From Lama glama (Eukaryota): 64,000 bases of DNA. Shown here piece after piece: positions 25,040 through 39,111 of the stretch. Where the stretch lies: the NCBI GenBank assembly GCA_028534125.1, contig CM052817.1:83268001-83332000 (forward strand), read 5' to 3'. The translations under genes and the position numbers were made by a program. Numbering within the stretch: the first letter of the stretch is position 1; each line of letters starts with the position of its first letter. The notes beneath the pieces were generated by a model. It was not told where the DNA came from, searched no databases, and saw only the letters and a list, made by a program, of their open reading frames with translations.

Positions 25040-26170
25040 CGTACTGATCACATGTTTATTTACACAGAAACCCCAAGGGAATTTATCAAGATGGTATTAA
25101 AATAAGTAAATAACATCAACATTATTGTTGACAATTCAATAAGATTATCTGACAAAATATAAAACCTTGATATACTATAATCAACTTGAAAGTGCAACAT
25201 AACAAAGAAATCCATGAGAAAAAATCTTTCAAAGAAAACATATACAAATAACTTCATAAATTTAAGGCTAGAATTTATTTATATGATAAAAATAATTTAT
25301 AAATGTGGAATAATACACATAAAGAATTCTAAGAAAGCAAAAAGAACGCAAATCATCCCAAAGGGAAAATTAGAAAATTAAGAGACAAGCCCAAACATAT
25401 CTGGCAAATATTTTTCTGCAAAGTTGCTTGACCTTACTAATAATGAGAAATGATGTGAAGTAAAACAGAACAAACCATATTATTTCATGCCCATTATAAT
25501 AGCAAAAATTTAAAAGTCTATCAATACTTGGCAAGGATGTAGGGCCATAAAGTGTCCCATTTATTCAGATTAGGAGTGTAAAATGACATTGGAGAGCAGT
25601 CTTGGAATTTCTTTTAGCATTTACAATGGCTCAGTAATTCTAATCAGATACATAATCTAGAAAAACTCTAACACATATGTCCCAGACAACAGTCTTTTCC
25701 AGACAAGTAGTTATGTTCACCACATCCTGGTTTGTTTTTACAAAATTCTAGAAACATCCTATACACTCATCAGTAGGGGAATGGACAAATTAGATACACC
25801 AATGAATACTATATAACCAATAAGATGAATAAATTAAATCTAAGTATGTCCACATAAATAGACCACAAAACAATACTGAACAAGAAAGCAAATTGTGGAG
25901 TAATATGTGAAGCATATTCACATCCAGACAAATATTTCTAATATGCACAAAGTACAGTTATATTATTTATGATGCAAGAGCCAGCCATAAGGATATATTC
26001 TAAATTCATGATAGTAGCTGACTCGGGGGGGAAAAAGCAAAAGAGCATTATTTTAATAATAAAAACTTAAGAAAAAATAAAAACAATAAATGTTAAAGAA
26101 AAAACAATATTTGTTAATTCTAGATGGTATTATACTGTTCTTATATTTTTCTATATTTATTGAAATTTTC
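25040..26170 (+). mobile_element. Very old L1 (L1ME-like) fragments
   Basis: tacacagaaaccccaaggga, ttggcaaggatgtaggg, catcagtaggggaatggacaaatt; heavily decayed. Confidence 0.6.
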
Positions 26171-26257
26171 ACAAAATATGCTACTTGAACACCTGGGCAC
26201 CTGAGAGCCTAAATATGAGTAAGACATACTTCTTGCTCTAAAGGAAACTGCACCCTT

Positions 26258-26600
26258 CTATCAGTGAGCTATTATTGCAATAAGAAGTACCTTAAAACTC
26301 AGTGGCTTTAAAGATTATTTATTCTCCCATATCTGAGCTCCGCTGAAGATCTGCAGATTAAACCTGAACTTCTTGGGGAGAATCTACCCTACTCCATAGT
26401 GAACACAGGGCTAACATAGGCATGTCCTGTTTGTGGGATGGCAGAGGTGCTAAAAAAAAGAGAGAGAGAGAGAGAGAAACACATGAGGCATTCTGAAGCC
26501 TAGGCTTGCTTTTAACTGGCAGGTGGTCATTCCACCAAATTTTATCTGACAAAGGAATTCACATGACCAAACCCAACTTCAAACAGGGGGAAAGATGAAA
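26258..26600 (-). mobile_element. MaLR LTR (old MLT1 subfamily)
   Basis: tatcagt...ccttaaaactcagtggctt..atttattctc and tcattccaccaaatt...acatgaccaaacccaacttc. Confidence 0.65.
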
Positions 26601-27724
26601 CAGCAGCCTAATTTCTATATTAATTCTTTCACTGTACTTTTACTATGTTCACTCATTCCTTCTTCTCTCGCTCTCTTTTCAGTCTTAAACTTCTCACTAA
26701 CATGTCATACCTAGCTAAAAGAGAACTGAAAGAACTTTGGGCCTTAAGGTTTAGGTTTGTAAAAGTTATAAAGTGATTCTTCAGGTGATAGTTAATCCTG
26801 AATGTAGGTCAAAAATAGCCACTTTTCTCATAATTAGATATTTCCAAAGGAAAATATATTAAAATAGCCATATTTTCCTTCTTCTGATTCAACTTTAAAT
26901 GAGCAGAATTAAATTTATTTATGGTAAATTCCATTATGTTTCTAATTAAATTACCATGCCACAATAGTATAAACACAGTTAAGAGCAAATAAACATCACT
27001 AATTCTTGTTCTTGCTTTAAAAAATTTAAGGTAAACCAATGAGAAAAATGTCTATAATAAAGAAAATAAAGACCACCAATACCTTATGCTTGTATAGCAT
27101 GTTAGGTGGGCAGTTACTAATTTATTAACATTTTATAGATGAGGACTTGAGGTACAAAGAAATTAAAGTAATTTTTGAGTAACAACACAAAGCCTTGGAT
27201 CAGAATATATTTTAACTTCTTTCTCAGGACTCTCTCCACAATACCAAGCTGTGACAATAGATGAATATGCATATCTTGCTCTAAATCCAAGAAGATAACA
27301 GTAAAAGATGGCAGCTGTCTGAACAAGCCCGACTAAAGAGACCAGAGTTTCATCCCTCAAGTCTTTCTGGCTCCACCTCTCAAGTGTATAATTTTCTAAA
27401 AGCCTCTGCTTAAGAAGAGTTATTTTAATCTTCAGTTTTTTTCTATTTGACATATATTTTTAGCAAAAAATTTATAACTCATCCATATCAGTCTCTAATT
27501 TTTATTTAATCATCTTACTTCCATAAATATTCATGTTATTATCTGCTGCTTTCCTCCTGAGCTATACTGTTTCTGTTTTCTGGGAGTATCCCAATGTTTA
27601 TTTCAGTATATTTTGCAGTATTATGATTTCTAACAGTAGGAAAAAAACACCAGTTATGAAGTAGATAATTTAAAAAAAAAAAAAAGGTTTTCCAATTTTT
27701 CCTTACAGTTGAACTTTCCAGTTC

Positions 27725-28272
27725 TGTGATGGTTAATTTTACATGTCAACTTGAGTGGACTACATCATGCCCAGATATTTGGTTAAACAATATTTCTGGG
27801 TGTGTCTATGAGGATGTTTCTGGATGAGATTAACATTTGAATCTGTAGAGTGAAGAGTAAGGAAAGCAGACTGCCCTTCCCAGTGTGGGTGGCCTCATTC
27901 AATCCACTGAAGGCCTGAATAAAATGAAAGTCTGAGGAAGAAAAATTCTCTCTGTCTCTGAGCTGGAACATTGGTCTTTTCCTGCCTTCCAACTCAGATT
28001 CTGACTACAACTTTCACCTTCAGCCCTCTTGGTTCCCAGGCCTTCAGGCTTGACTGGAACAGGCTCTCCTGGGTCTGGACTACTCAGCCTCCATAATTAT
28101 GTGAGCCAACATCTTACTTTATTTATTTATAAAGAAGTTTGTATACTTAGTATACACATACATATATGAATTGGCTGGCTAGGTAGATAGACAGAAAGAT
28201 ACAAATAGTTATATAGAGAGATATAGAGATTAGAGATAATGTCTTATTTCTCTTGAGAATCCTGACCACATA
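27725..28272 (+). mobile_element. MLT2 (ERVL) solo LTR
   Basis: tgtgatggttaattttacatgtcaacttga...tgcccagatatttggttaaac...gatgagattaacatttgaat...cagcctccataat..gtgagcca...gagaatcctgac. Confidence 0.9.
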
Positions 28273-28469
28273 AGTCTCAAAACAAAATCTTGAAAAAGTC
28301 CATAGCTGACTTCTTGAGTATAAATCAGCTAATACCCTGGGCTATTAATTTATTTGCATAAGAATTTTGGTTTTTAATTAATTGACAAAGTGGCAGAAGG
28401 CCAAATCAATAATAATTTAGTATTTAATATCAAATGATAGAATATTAGAACAAAAAAAAGTATAGGTTA

Positions 28470-28620
28470 TCTGAATTCATCCACTTCATTGCACACATGA
28501 GAAAAAAAATTATAAAGTTTAAATGATTCACATGCCTTGGCCAAAGGTAGTTAAAAACAAAAATGGAATCAAACACAAGTCTCCAGATTGCATTTACTCA
28601 TCTTCTTTCCACTGCATTAC
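28470..28620 (-). mobile_element. MIR fragment
   Basis: cacttcattgcacacatgagaaa...tttaaatgatt...ggaatcaaacacaagtctcc. Confidence 0.5.
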
Positions 28621-31600
28621 ACTGTTATTTTTATAGCTGAAGTTATAGTTCAACTTGAGGTCTCTGCACTTTTTCTTATGGCCTCTCATTACAAACATAT
28701 GAATATTGGAAGATGGCTAGTTGAATGCAGGAGTGTATTCAGCTCTCATGAAATGAAGTTTAACCCTATCAGCAGCAATCAGCCAGCCACACATAGCTAC
28801 TAATTATTGATACTGAATGAATTACATTCACAAGGCAAAAACTTTCCAATATAAAATTACAGACGATCATAAGCAAAGAATGGAATATATTTCACTGCCT
28901 CTATATTTACCTAACCTCAAAATATTTTTCCAAATTTCTAAAGTAAAATTTCTTCCTTTTTGGAATAATTTCACAGTGAATCACAAGAGGAAATATTATG
29001 AAATTTGATCAACTCCACAATTCAAAGTAAGAAAGGGAGACTTAGGATGCGTGACTGAGGGCAAAGGGCAAACACCCTGAAAGAAAAACCATGCAGAAAC
29101 TGAGAAATATCAAGGAAATGTTCACATGCTTTCACCAAAGGAAATTTAATGCTACTTATATGGGGATTTGGAACTCAGGATAGAACTCAGATTACCTAAC
29201 ACTGACTGGATGCTGTCCATTTGAAATTCTAGGCTCAAATACTGTAAGTAGAAGATCATTTATCCAGAATTTTCAGGACTTAACTTATTCAAGACTATAA
29301 AATCACATGAGTTAGGTATGACAATGTAAAAAATATGATCCTCTCTCCAACATCTTCTAGATGCATTCTCTTAATTTCCAGTCCATTAAATGAATAAGAA
29401 ATACACACAAACATATATATTTACACAATTACAGTTCACCATAATTGCTGGAATTATGATATCAGCACATACCCTGAATTGTACTTTAACTATCACCATT
29501 ATGGGTTATCATTTTAAAATCCTTTTACAATTCCTTTGCATGCTTCTCATGTCTACCCTCAGTCAAAAGAAAAACAAGAATCCCCATATCACTTCTACAT
29601 TGATTTTAGAGAGCAGTAATTTTTTCCTACTGTAAATTTCTGTTCATCATGTGGTTTTCTTATCAAAGCATTAGCAATGACCAGTGATCAAAGGAAAATG
29701 GGACTTTATTTTTCTGGAGAAGTAGAATTAAGCCTTGAATCTTACCACTTGCAATGCTCTAATTCCCTCCTGGGAATGCCAGGATGGAAGAAGAGCTGAG
29801 TTAGGTTTCTATAGTTTTTCTGTTTAATAACTGAATACAAATCTACCTAAATCTGCCAACCATAAATGAATTAAATAGAAAGAAATTGCTGAAGAAGTCA
29901 ATTTTTCACAGTTCTAAATACAGGTATTGCCGATTCCAATAAAAAGGCTTCATATTGCATAGTCTTCAATTTGCACAGTCTGGAAGGAAGCACAGGGACA
30001 AAGCACTGGTAGAAAATAGTTGATTCAATATAACTGACAACATTCTGAACAGGTGAGTGAAACTGTGGGCCATACTAAGCATTGGGACCAATTACATCCA
30101 AAAGTGAAAACTGCTCGCAAGTGAATAACCCACAGATGAACAACAGAGAGCTAACTGTACTAATGACAATATAGAGACAACTCATTGCTCCAATTTAATA
30201 ATCCTTGTGTGTAAGGGAAACATACCTGTTGGGTACAACAAGAACAGTAATTACTCCATTAAAATGATTCTAACATTTTTAAAAAATCTATCTTCAGTAT
30301 CCTGCACTCATCCTGTTTAACATATTTCCCCCCAACTTCATATTATTGCTCACCAAATGCCCTTCATATCATATGTGTTCATTCTACTTAGACTGGATGA
30401 GTAAGGCCATCTTTTACGTGTATTAGGCAATTCCTTCCTATAATACTTCTCAAAAAAGATGTTAAGTTTCTTTTTGTCTTATGGTCAAGTTCTTCAGGTA
30501 AGATTCTAGTTGGAAAATATCAAACTGCTATATTTATCTATTTTGATACTCAAAACTGACTTTACTTGCTACAGAGTGGAAGTAGAATTTAAACATCTGC
30601 TGCTGAAACACCCATCACTGATATAAGGCATGCCCATTGGCACAGCAATAAGTATTTCAAAGAATAAATACATAATGGATACTCTAAACACATTTGTACC
30701 ATACACTGAAAAATGAAAGGAAAAGATTTCCTTTTGGATCAAAGATAAATGCATCATTTCCCTGGAAAATAAGGCTCATTCAATTTGTCAAAATTATTGG
30801 TTTCAAAAATAGGAAGTTTTTTTTTTTTAATCTACTTGATTTAAGGTGTTTGGACTTTGTAACAGCAGGGGTTTAAATAGCTTTTATGTGCTTCTTGCCA
30901 TTCTGAAAACAAGGATTATAGGCACCTGCTTTTATGCTCCCAAAAAGCTCCCAGGACACCAGCAAAATCTAAATTGTGTTCGATTTGTGTCTTCCATCTC
31001 ATTCATAAATTTCTAAGACTTCAACCAAAATTGAATGTAATTTACATCTGCAAGAGTTAGAATGAGTTAAACTTGATATTCAACCCACACCCCTAAAAAT
31101 GTTGATGTTATGAAGGCATTACAAAATTACAATACCAGGCAAATTCTAGGAGTGCTGTAACATACCTTCCAGGTGGAATTATTAACAAAGCTGAGGATAC
31201 TTGCTCTTTACCATGTTAAAGTTAACGAGACCCAAGCCCTAGAGTCTACCACCTTATCTATAGCTCTGCTACTCATCTTAGAAAAATCAGCCTTCCCTTT
31301 TAACACTTAATGAACAGCAAACATACATTCCCTTTATTTCTTATTTTTTTAAATTGACATGAACGCACATATAGAAAAAGAAGTTCCATACTCCATTTAA
31401 AAGAACTGTCTTCTACACACTATCCTGGAAAGTCTTTCTATCTTTCAAGATAAAAGTCATTTCACAGATGCATCTAAATAAATAAATTTTCAGTTGTCTG
31501 AAAAAAATTTCTCTCCGGTCAGTGAACCAGAAACAATGATTGCGTTAAAAAACTTAGAGTTTTTCCAGTTTTGAAAGTCCTGTTAACTATTCCACTGAGC

Positions 31601-33430
31601 TCTGATCTAAAATGGAGCTCTTAAGTCTCTTCTCTTCCGGCCATATACTGTAGAGTCAAAGTACTCATAAAAGCAATCTATTTTTTTTTTCTATTAGTCA
31701 TATGGGCATTTTGCATTTAAATAAATTTGCATTTAAATAAATCTTTTTCTGTATTAACATTTTGTTGTCATTTTAACTTTTATATTAATCCACAGATTTA
31801 TGCTTTTTCTTATTATTATTGGCTATGATCAGATTTTTTATGAGTTTCACATGGCATTTTTTACTTAATACAAATTAGTACCCTCTACTGCAATCAATGC
31901 GTTTTTACACAGACTTCTCCACTTCTGCTACACATAATCAGGTCAGCAGCTATCAGCTTGAGAACCAGCCTTAGTCATCCCATTCTCCACTTGCCTAATT
32001 GTTTCTTGCTCATAAGCTCCACTCCTCCTTACTTTTTTCCCAATTACACTGTGACTCCTGTCTTTTCTCCTACAGTGTAGTTCTTGTCACTACAAAAAGA
32101 TGCAAAGATATCTTTTTGTCTACCTTCTCACTTCTGAGTGACTCTAAATTCTCCTTCTACCCCTCTTCTTGGCTCATCTCATTTTGTTACTCCATCTCCA
32201 ATTTGAAGAGATCTTGTTATTTTATATGATTTTAGATAATTCTGATGAGTAACAGTTATTTTGTTCTTTTAAAGAAGCAGCTTCTTTTTAGCAAGCAGCA
32301 AAAAAAAATGAAATTTTAATAAGTTAATAACAAGCTCTCTATATACACATATACGGCTTTTTCAAAGCTTTGGCCAATTAGTTGAGCTACAATCACTTAC
32401 ACTTCATAAATAAAAATGTTTCATTATTTTCCTAAAATAAACTTTCTTATAAGATTCAGCCTAAAAGGGGTGAATAAACCACATCTAGCACTACTCAGGA
32501 CTTTAGAAAAAAAATTAAGGGACATATTTCTGGCTTCATGACAGCTACTAGCAAATTTCCTAAACTCTTATTAATCATATCCCCAAAATGTGGCTCTCAG
32601 TCTAACATTCCATGAAACAATGACCAATTTAAATCTTAAATTTAAGGTTTGTGCCAATCATCATTGCTGTTTTTAAAGAGATAAGCTTATTTAATTTCAA
32701 TAGTGTAGTTCATTACTACATAATGCACAAAAATCCAATTTAAAAATTTTATGATTATTTTCATCAATTTACAATTTTAAACCTAATGATACCAGTTTTA
32801 CTTATTGCTTTTCTTAAAGCTTTTATTTCCATATTTAGATTTTTTTAGTCCTATCTTAAAGCACTTTACGGTACCACTGTGTTTTCTTGATTTTTAGTCA
32901 TTCTTTATTATACACCATATCCATGAGATACAAAGTTGTTTATGCATTTTACATAAATTTAACACAGAGACCCAGTTTTGTCTATTCTGCCACATCCTGG
33001 TATACAGTTAAACTACTTTATTTTAGGGATCAAGCCATCCAGGGAAGAAGTAGCTTTGACATATGTGGCAACCACGCCATCCAACAACATTGTAGCTTAA
33101 CTATGATTTGTTGTGATGGCAGCTAAGGCAATGTCAGGAAACCTGGACGCCTGTGAAGCATGGATCTGCACCTTTACAAACACACATGCAGACATGTGCG
33201 TGGACACACACACGGACATGACACTCTTAAAGACTGTTGCCAAAATAAGCAATAGGAGAATTGACCACCCTAAGGTCAGAACAGACTTTTCAAAATTAAT
33301 CTAGACAGAAATGAACTACAGGTATAACAGGGTCAGGATTAAAACTCATAATAGGCTCCAGAAATGGCCCAGGTTTAGCATTTGTGGCCATAGGAATCTT
33401 TCAATAACTTTCTTTTGCCATATACCACAC

Positions 33431-33535
33431 CTAGGGCTTCCAAACATGACTGATAATTAGAATTACCCAGAGAGATAATTTAAAATGCAAAACTTGAGCC
33501 TTACCTTCAGAGATCCTGATTCAAAGTTGTGATAT
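33431..33535. mobile_element. MER5-like hAT-Charlie fragment
   Basis: ttagaattacccag...taaaatgca...ccttcagagatcctgattca. Confidence 0.55.
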
Positions 33536-33699
33536 ACGCCTATAGGGTAGAAATACTACCCTATACGACAATGTATTCTATGAAAATTACTCTCTTCATA
33601 GAAGAACTGACTGGAAAAAATATCCAACCCCTTAGAATTATCCTACAGCAGTAGTATATTAGCATATACTTAACAGAAACAACAAAATAGCAAAGGAGA

Positions 33700-36600
33700 T
33701 TTGATACCAGTCTCCCTGAAATAAGAAGAGTACAAATGCAGAGTTTTCAAAATGCATTTGAAATTAAGAGTTCAGCAACTTAAAATGATTATAGGTAGAT
33801 ATAGATAGATAGATAGACAGACAGACAGATGGACTGCTATATAAAACCTTCATAGTAACCATAAACCAAAAAACTATGACAGACACAAACAAAAAAAAAA
33901 AAAAAGAAAAAGGTAAACCAAACATTTCACTCAAGAGAGTCATCAAATCACAAGAGGTCAAAAGAAGAAAAAATAACTACAAAACAATGCCAAAACAATT
34001 AACAAAATGGCAATAAGTACATACCAATCAATATTTAAGTGTAAATGGGCAAGATGCTCCAATCAAATACATATAGTGGCTGAAGGATGCAAAAACAAGA
34101 CCCTTATATGTGGTGCCTAAAACAGATACACTTCAGATCTAAAGAATACATACAAGACAAAATTAAGCAACGGAAAAATGTATTCTATGCAAATGTAAAT
34201 TTTAAAAAAGTTGGGTTAACAATACTTAGACAAAACAGATTTTAAAATAAAAACTATAGCAAGAGACAAACGTATACAGTATAAAATGATCAAGAGATCC
34301 ATCCACAAAGAAGATATAACAATTATAAATATGTATGCACCCAACATAGGAGCACCAACTTATCAAATATTAACTTATGTAGCAAATATTACAGACCTAA
34401 AGAGAGAAATAATAGTAGAGACTTTAACACCCTACTTACATCAATGGATAGGTCATCTAAATAGAAAATCAAAAAGAAAACAGTGGACTTAAATGACATA
34501 TTAGACCAACTAGATTTAAGGGATATATATATATATGTAAAATATTCTGTCCAAAAGCAGCAGAATACACATTCTTTTCAAGTGCACATGTAACGTTCTC
34601 CAGGACAGATTACATGCTAGGCCAGAAAACAAACCTCAACAAATTTTTAAAAATTAAAATCATATCAACCAACTTTCCTGACCACAACAGTATAAGACTA
34701 GAAATCAACTACAAGAAAAAAATCTGCAAAATATGCAAACACATATAGACTAAACAACATGCTACTAAAAAATCACTGGAACAATTAAGAAATCCAAGAA
34801 GAAATTTTTAAAACACTTGGAGACAATAAAATTTTTTAAAAAATACTTGGGAACAAAGGAAAACAAAACACAAAGATTCAAAATCCATGGGATGTAGCAA
34901 AAGCAGTTCTAAGTTATAATAATACAAACCTACCTCAGGAACTAAGAAAAATCTCAAACAAACAACCTTACCTTATACATAAAAGTATTAGGGAAAAAAA
35001 AAAAGAACAGACAAGACCCAAAGTTAGTAGAAGAGAAGAAATCATAAGTATCTGACCAGAAATAAATGAAATAGAGACTAAAAAAAATATAGAAAAGATC
35101 AAAGAAATTAAGAACTGGTTCTTTGAAAAGATAAACAAAATTGATAAACCTGTAGCCAGATTCATCAAGAGAAAAAGAGGGAGGGCAAACCAATAATATC
35201 AGAAATGAAAAAGGAAAAGTTGCAACTCATACCACAGAAATACAAAGGATCACAAGAGATTACTACAAACAATTGTACAGCAATAAAATGGACAATGAAG
35301 AAATGGGACAAATTCCTAAATATATACAATCTCTCAAGACTGATCCAGGATGAAATAGAAAATACGAAGACCAGTTAATGGAATGAAATCAAATCAGTAA
35401 TAATAATAAAAACAAAAGTACATCTCTCAAAAAGCTAAAGTCCAAGACCAGGTGGCTTCACAGGTGAATTCTACTTAACATTCAAAGAAGGATAAACACT
35501 TGTCCTTCTCAAACTTTTCCAAAAAAATTGCAGAAGAAAGAATGCTTCCAAACACATTTTATTGAGGCCAGCATCAATCTGACACCAAAACCAGACAAAG
35601 ATAATGGTTTAAAAAAAATTTACAGGCTAATACCACCAATGAACATAGATGCAAAATTCTCCACAAAATACTAGCAAACCAAATTCAACAATATTTTAAA
35701 ATGATCATACACCATGATCAGGTGGGATTTATCCCAGGGATGCAAAGATGGTTCAATATCTACAAATAAAAGTGATAAGCCACATTAAAAAACTGAAGAA
35801 TAAAAAACATATAATCATCTCAACAGATAAAAAGTTTTCAACAAAATTCAATATCCATTTATGATTAAAAATTCTCCATAAAGTGAGCACAGACGAAACA
35901 TACCTCAACATAATAAAGGTCATTTATGATAAGCCCACAGTCAATATTATACTGAACGGTGAAAAGCTGAAAGTACTTTTCTCTAACATCAAAAACAAGA
36001 CAAGGAAGCTCACTCTCACCACATTTAGTCAAAACAGTATTTGAAGTCCTAGCCACAAAAATCAAACCAGAAAAATAAATAAAGGGAATCCAAATTGGAA
36101 ATGAAGAAGTAAAACTGTCCCTGTCTGCAGGTAACATGATTCTAAAGATGGCACTAAAAAATTACCATGACTCATCAATGAATTGGTAAAGTTTCAGGAT
36201 ACAAAATTAATACACATAAATTTGTTATATTTCTATATACTAACAATAAACTATGAGAAAGAAAAATTAGGAAAACAATCCCATTTACCATCACATCAAA
36301 AAAAAAATACCTAGCAATAAATCTAACTCAGGAGGTAAAATACCTGTATTGAAAAACTTTAAGAAATGGATGAAGAAATTGAAAATGACACAAACAGATG
36401 GAAAGATGTACCATGTTCATGAACTGAAAGAATTAACATTGTTAAAATGACCATACTACCCAAAGCAATCTACAAATTGAAAGCAACCCCTATCAAAATA
36501 CCAATGGCATTTTTTACAGAGGTAGAACAAATAATTTTAAAATTTGTATGGAAACATAAAAGACCCCAGTTAGCCAAAACACTCTGAGAAAGAATAACAA

Positions 36601-37285
36601 AGCTGGCAATATCATGCTCCTTGATTTGAAACTAAACTACAAAGCTACAGTAATAGCAAAAGTATGGTACTGGCATAAACACAGACATAGAAACCAATAG
36701 AACAGAACAGAGAGCCAGAAATTAACCCACACATTTATGGTCAATTAATCTAAGACAAAGTAGGCAAGAGTACGCAATGGGTAAATAACAGTCTCTTCAG
36801 TAAATGGTGCTGGGAAAACTGGACAGCCATATATAAAAGAATAAAATTAGAACATTTTCTCACACCGTATAAAACATAAACTCAAAATGGACTAAAGACT
36901 TAAATGTAAGACTGGGAACCACAAAACATAGGCAGAACACTCTGACAAAAATCATAGCAATCTTTTTGAAGGATCTGTCTCCTAAGGCAAAGGAAACAAA
37001 AGCAAAATGAACAAATAGGATCTAATTAAATGTAAAAGCTTTTACACAGCAAAATTTTATTCAACAAAATGAAAAGATAACTTACTGAGAGGGGGAAAAA
37101 TATTTGAAAATCATATGACCAGTAAGGAGTTAATAACCAAAATATATAAGCAGCTCACAAAGATTAATATAAAAAAAATTTAAAAATAGGCAGAAGCTTG
37201 AATAGACATTTTTCTCAGGAAGACATACACATGGCCAACAGGCACATAAAAAGATGCTTATAGAGCTAATCATCACAGAAATAAA
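33700..37285 (+). mobile_element. L1 inter-ORF region plus most of ORF2 (EN, RT); frameshifted and truncated at both ends
   Basis: EN start gtaaatgggcaagatgctccaatcaaa (about 34040); [11 protein letters not shown] (about 35720); catalytic motif degraded to LSAGNMI (about 36121); stops before the CCHC region and 3'UTR. Confidence 0.95.
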
Positions 37286-38077
37286 TGTTGAAAAAATAGA
37301 TTATCCCATGATAGCCTCTAAATTTTATAATTATTTAATTAGAAATAATGATTATTATAATTCCATACTGTTTCATAAATATAACTAATAACTTCTGAAA
37401 TCAATATTCACTTTCCATATATATGGAGGTAATATCAACTGATGTTTGCTAATTGTAAATAAGTTATACATTTATTTTGGACTACATCATTTCCCAAATG
37501 GCTGAAATTCGGAAAGACTTCAAATGACAGGATAACCATTTGCACCTTGTGTAATTGGGAACTATTAAATATTTTTCTGTAGGTTAGTGGAATAATGAGA
37601 ATACCTTGTTATTTCTTTTTCCAGAATCAAGTATAGCCATTGATTCAACAAATTCTTGGGTGTATAGGACATGCAGAATACTTGTTTATTACACTCAGAA
37701 TAAAAAAGTTTAATGTTTATTTTGAAATGTACTTAAGCATATTAAGAAACTTTTAAATGTCTCCTCTTTTCTAAACATTCTAAGGTTGAGCCTATATTAG
37801 TAATCAATAACCAGGATGAAAAGGGAAAAAGGAAGTGGTGACTGGGATAAGTAATGATCGGTCACCACTGGTAGGGCTCTTGGAGCCTAAGGCATATGGT
37901 ACTGTTGATGGAGGAATGGAAATAAAATGGTACTTTCAGATTTCCTTATAATTAAAACATAGTTTTTCTATTTATAATATTCCATGTTCATTGTATACAG
38001 TTGGAGAAATATAGTAAAGCATAAGGATGAAGTCAAGTATCATTTATAATTCAATTATCCAGAAATAACCACCAATA

Positions 38078-39111
38078 GGACCTGCCATAGTGAGGGTGCA
38101 GTCACACACCTGTATCCAAGGTGTGCCATAGGGTCAGCCCAGACGCCAGCACCACGTCTGATTACGCAGGCCCACTGTTAGCACCAGTTCTGCCCCCAGT
38201 GCATGCCACAACTCCATTCAGTTGTCTCAGAGGCGCAGGTTCGCAAAAGGCACCAGTGTACAAATCTGCCACCACCACGTGGGGCTCAAATCAAATTTCA
38301 GTCCCACCCAGGAAGACATGGGACCCTTAGGAATTGATTCAGATTTCAGCCTCTGCCTGGGCGCTGTGCACCAGCATTTGTGCGCCTCCAGGACAAGCCG
38401 AGAAGACTGCTGGGTCTGGGCTGCACCGCTCTGCTTGGGAGAATGCATGCCAACAATGGTGCCAAGCAGAGGCCTCTGGGCTAAAGAGGCTGCTATGGCC
38501 TGTCTGGGTTGTGCCCCTCCCCAACAACGCACACCAGCAATGGTGTTTTCTATGGAGGAATTCTAGGCTGTTTCGTTCTACAGACACTCCCAACCACAGC
38601 CCACACCACATCCCAGCCCCCTGAGGCTGCCTCAGCACAGTCAGCCTCAGTCTCCTCCTCAGGTTCATCTACAGAAGCCTGAGCTCCAGCAGCCAGTCTT
38701 GGCCTGCCCCTGCCAGCTTGTGTCTCGGGCTAGCGGTCTCCCGGACCCTCTGTTTGGTTTCTCTAGGTTCTGTCTGTCAAGCGGCTGCTGCTTTCTCCTC
38801 CAAGCTTCAGAAGCTCCCTTTCTGTCCCTGCTGACCTCCCTGCTAGAGAGAGGGCTTCCCAGAGTGACGATGCTTTTCCTCCTTTGCCACTCCCTCCCTG
38901 GGGACAGATCACACACAGATTTCCTCTATTTTTTTTTCTCTTATCTGGTTTTGTGAGGAATTCCTTGCAGTTCCAATAGTAAGAGATATTCTGCCAAAGT
39001 TCAGTAGGTATTCTGTGAGAGTTGCTCCATATGTAGATATACTTTTTCATGTATTTGTGGGAGAAGGTGAGCTATGGATCCTTCTGCTCCGGTATCTTGG
39101 CAATCTCTCCC
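38078..39111 (-). mobile_element. Isolated L1 5'UTR fragment (about 1 kb)
   Basis: Minus strand starts GGGAGAGATTGCCAAGATACCGGAGCAGAAGGATCC..AGCTCACCTTCTCCCACAAATACA, a typical cetartiodactyl L1 5' end; GC-rich with residual CpG. Confidence 0.8.

Noticed and set aside
27117..27453. Two overlapping minus-strand ORFs
   Set aside because: Partly MIR-derived; no splice signals or homology recognised
30040..30510. Strong + strand donors (CAG|GTGAGT at about 30052, CAG|GTAAGA at about 30498; also CAG|GTAAGT at about 49553)
   Set aside because: No convincing paired acceptor and open frame; expected by chance in 64 kb
31710..31741. Tandem 16-bp duplication tttgcatttaaataaa creating an octamer motif
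   Set aside because: Simple local slippage duplication in AT-rich DNA; no further support
38121..39050. Cluster of overlapping 70-114 aa ORFs / apparent CpG-island promoter
   Set aside because: Explained by the GC-rich L1 5'UTR, which has few stop codons; no protein similarity recognised
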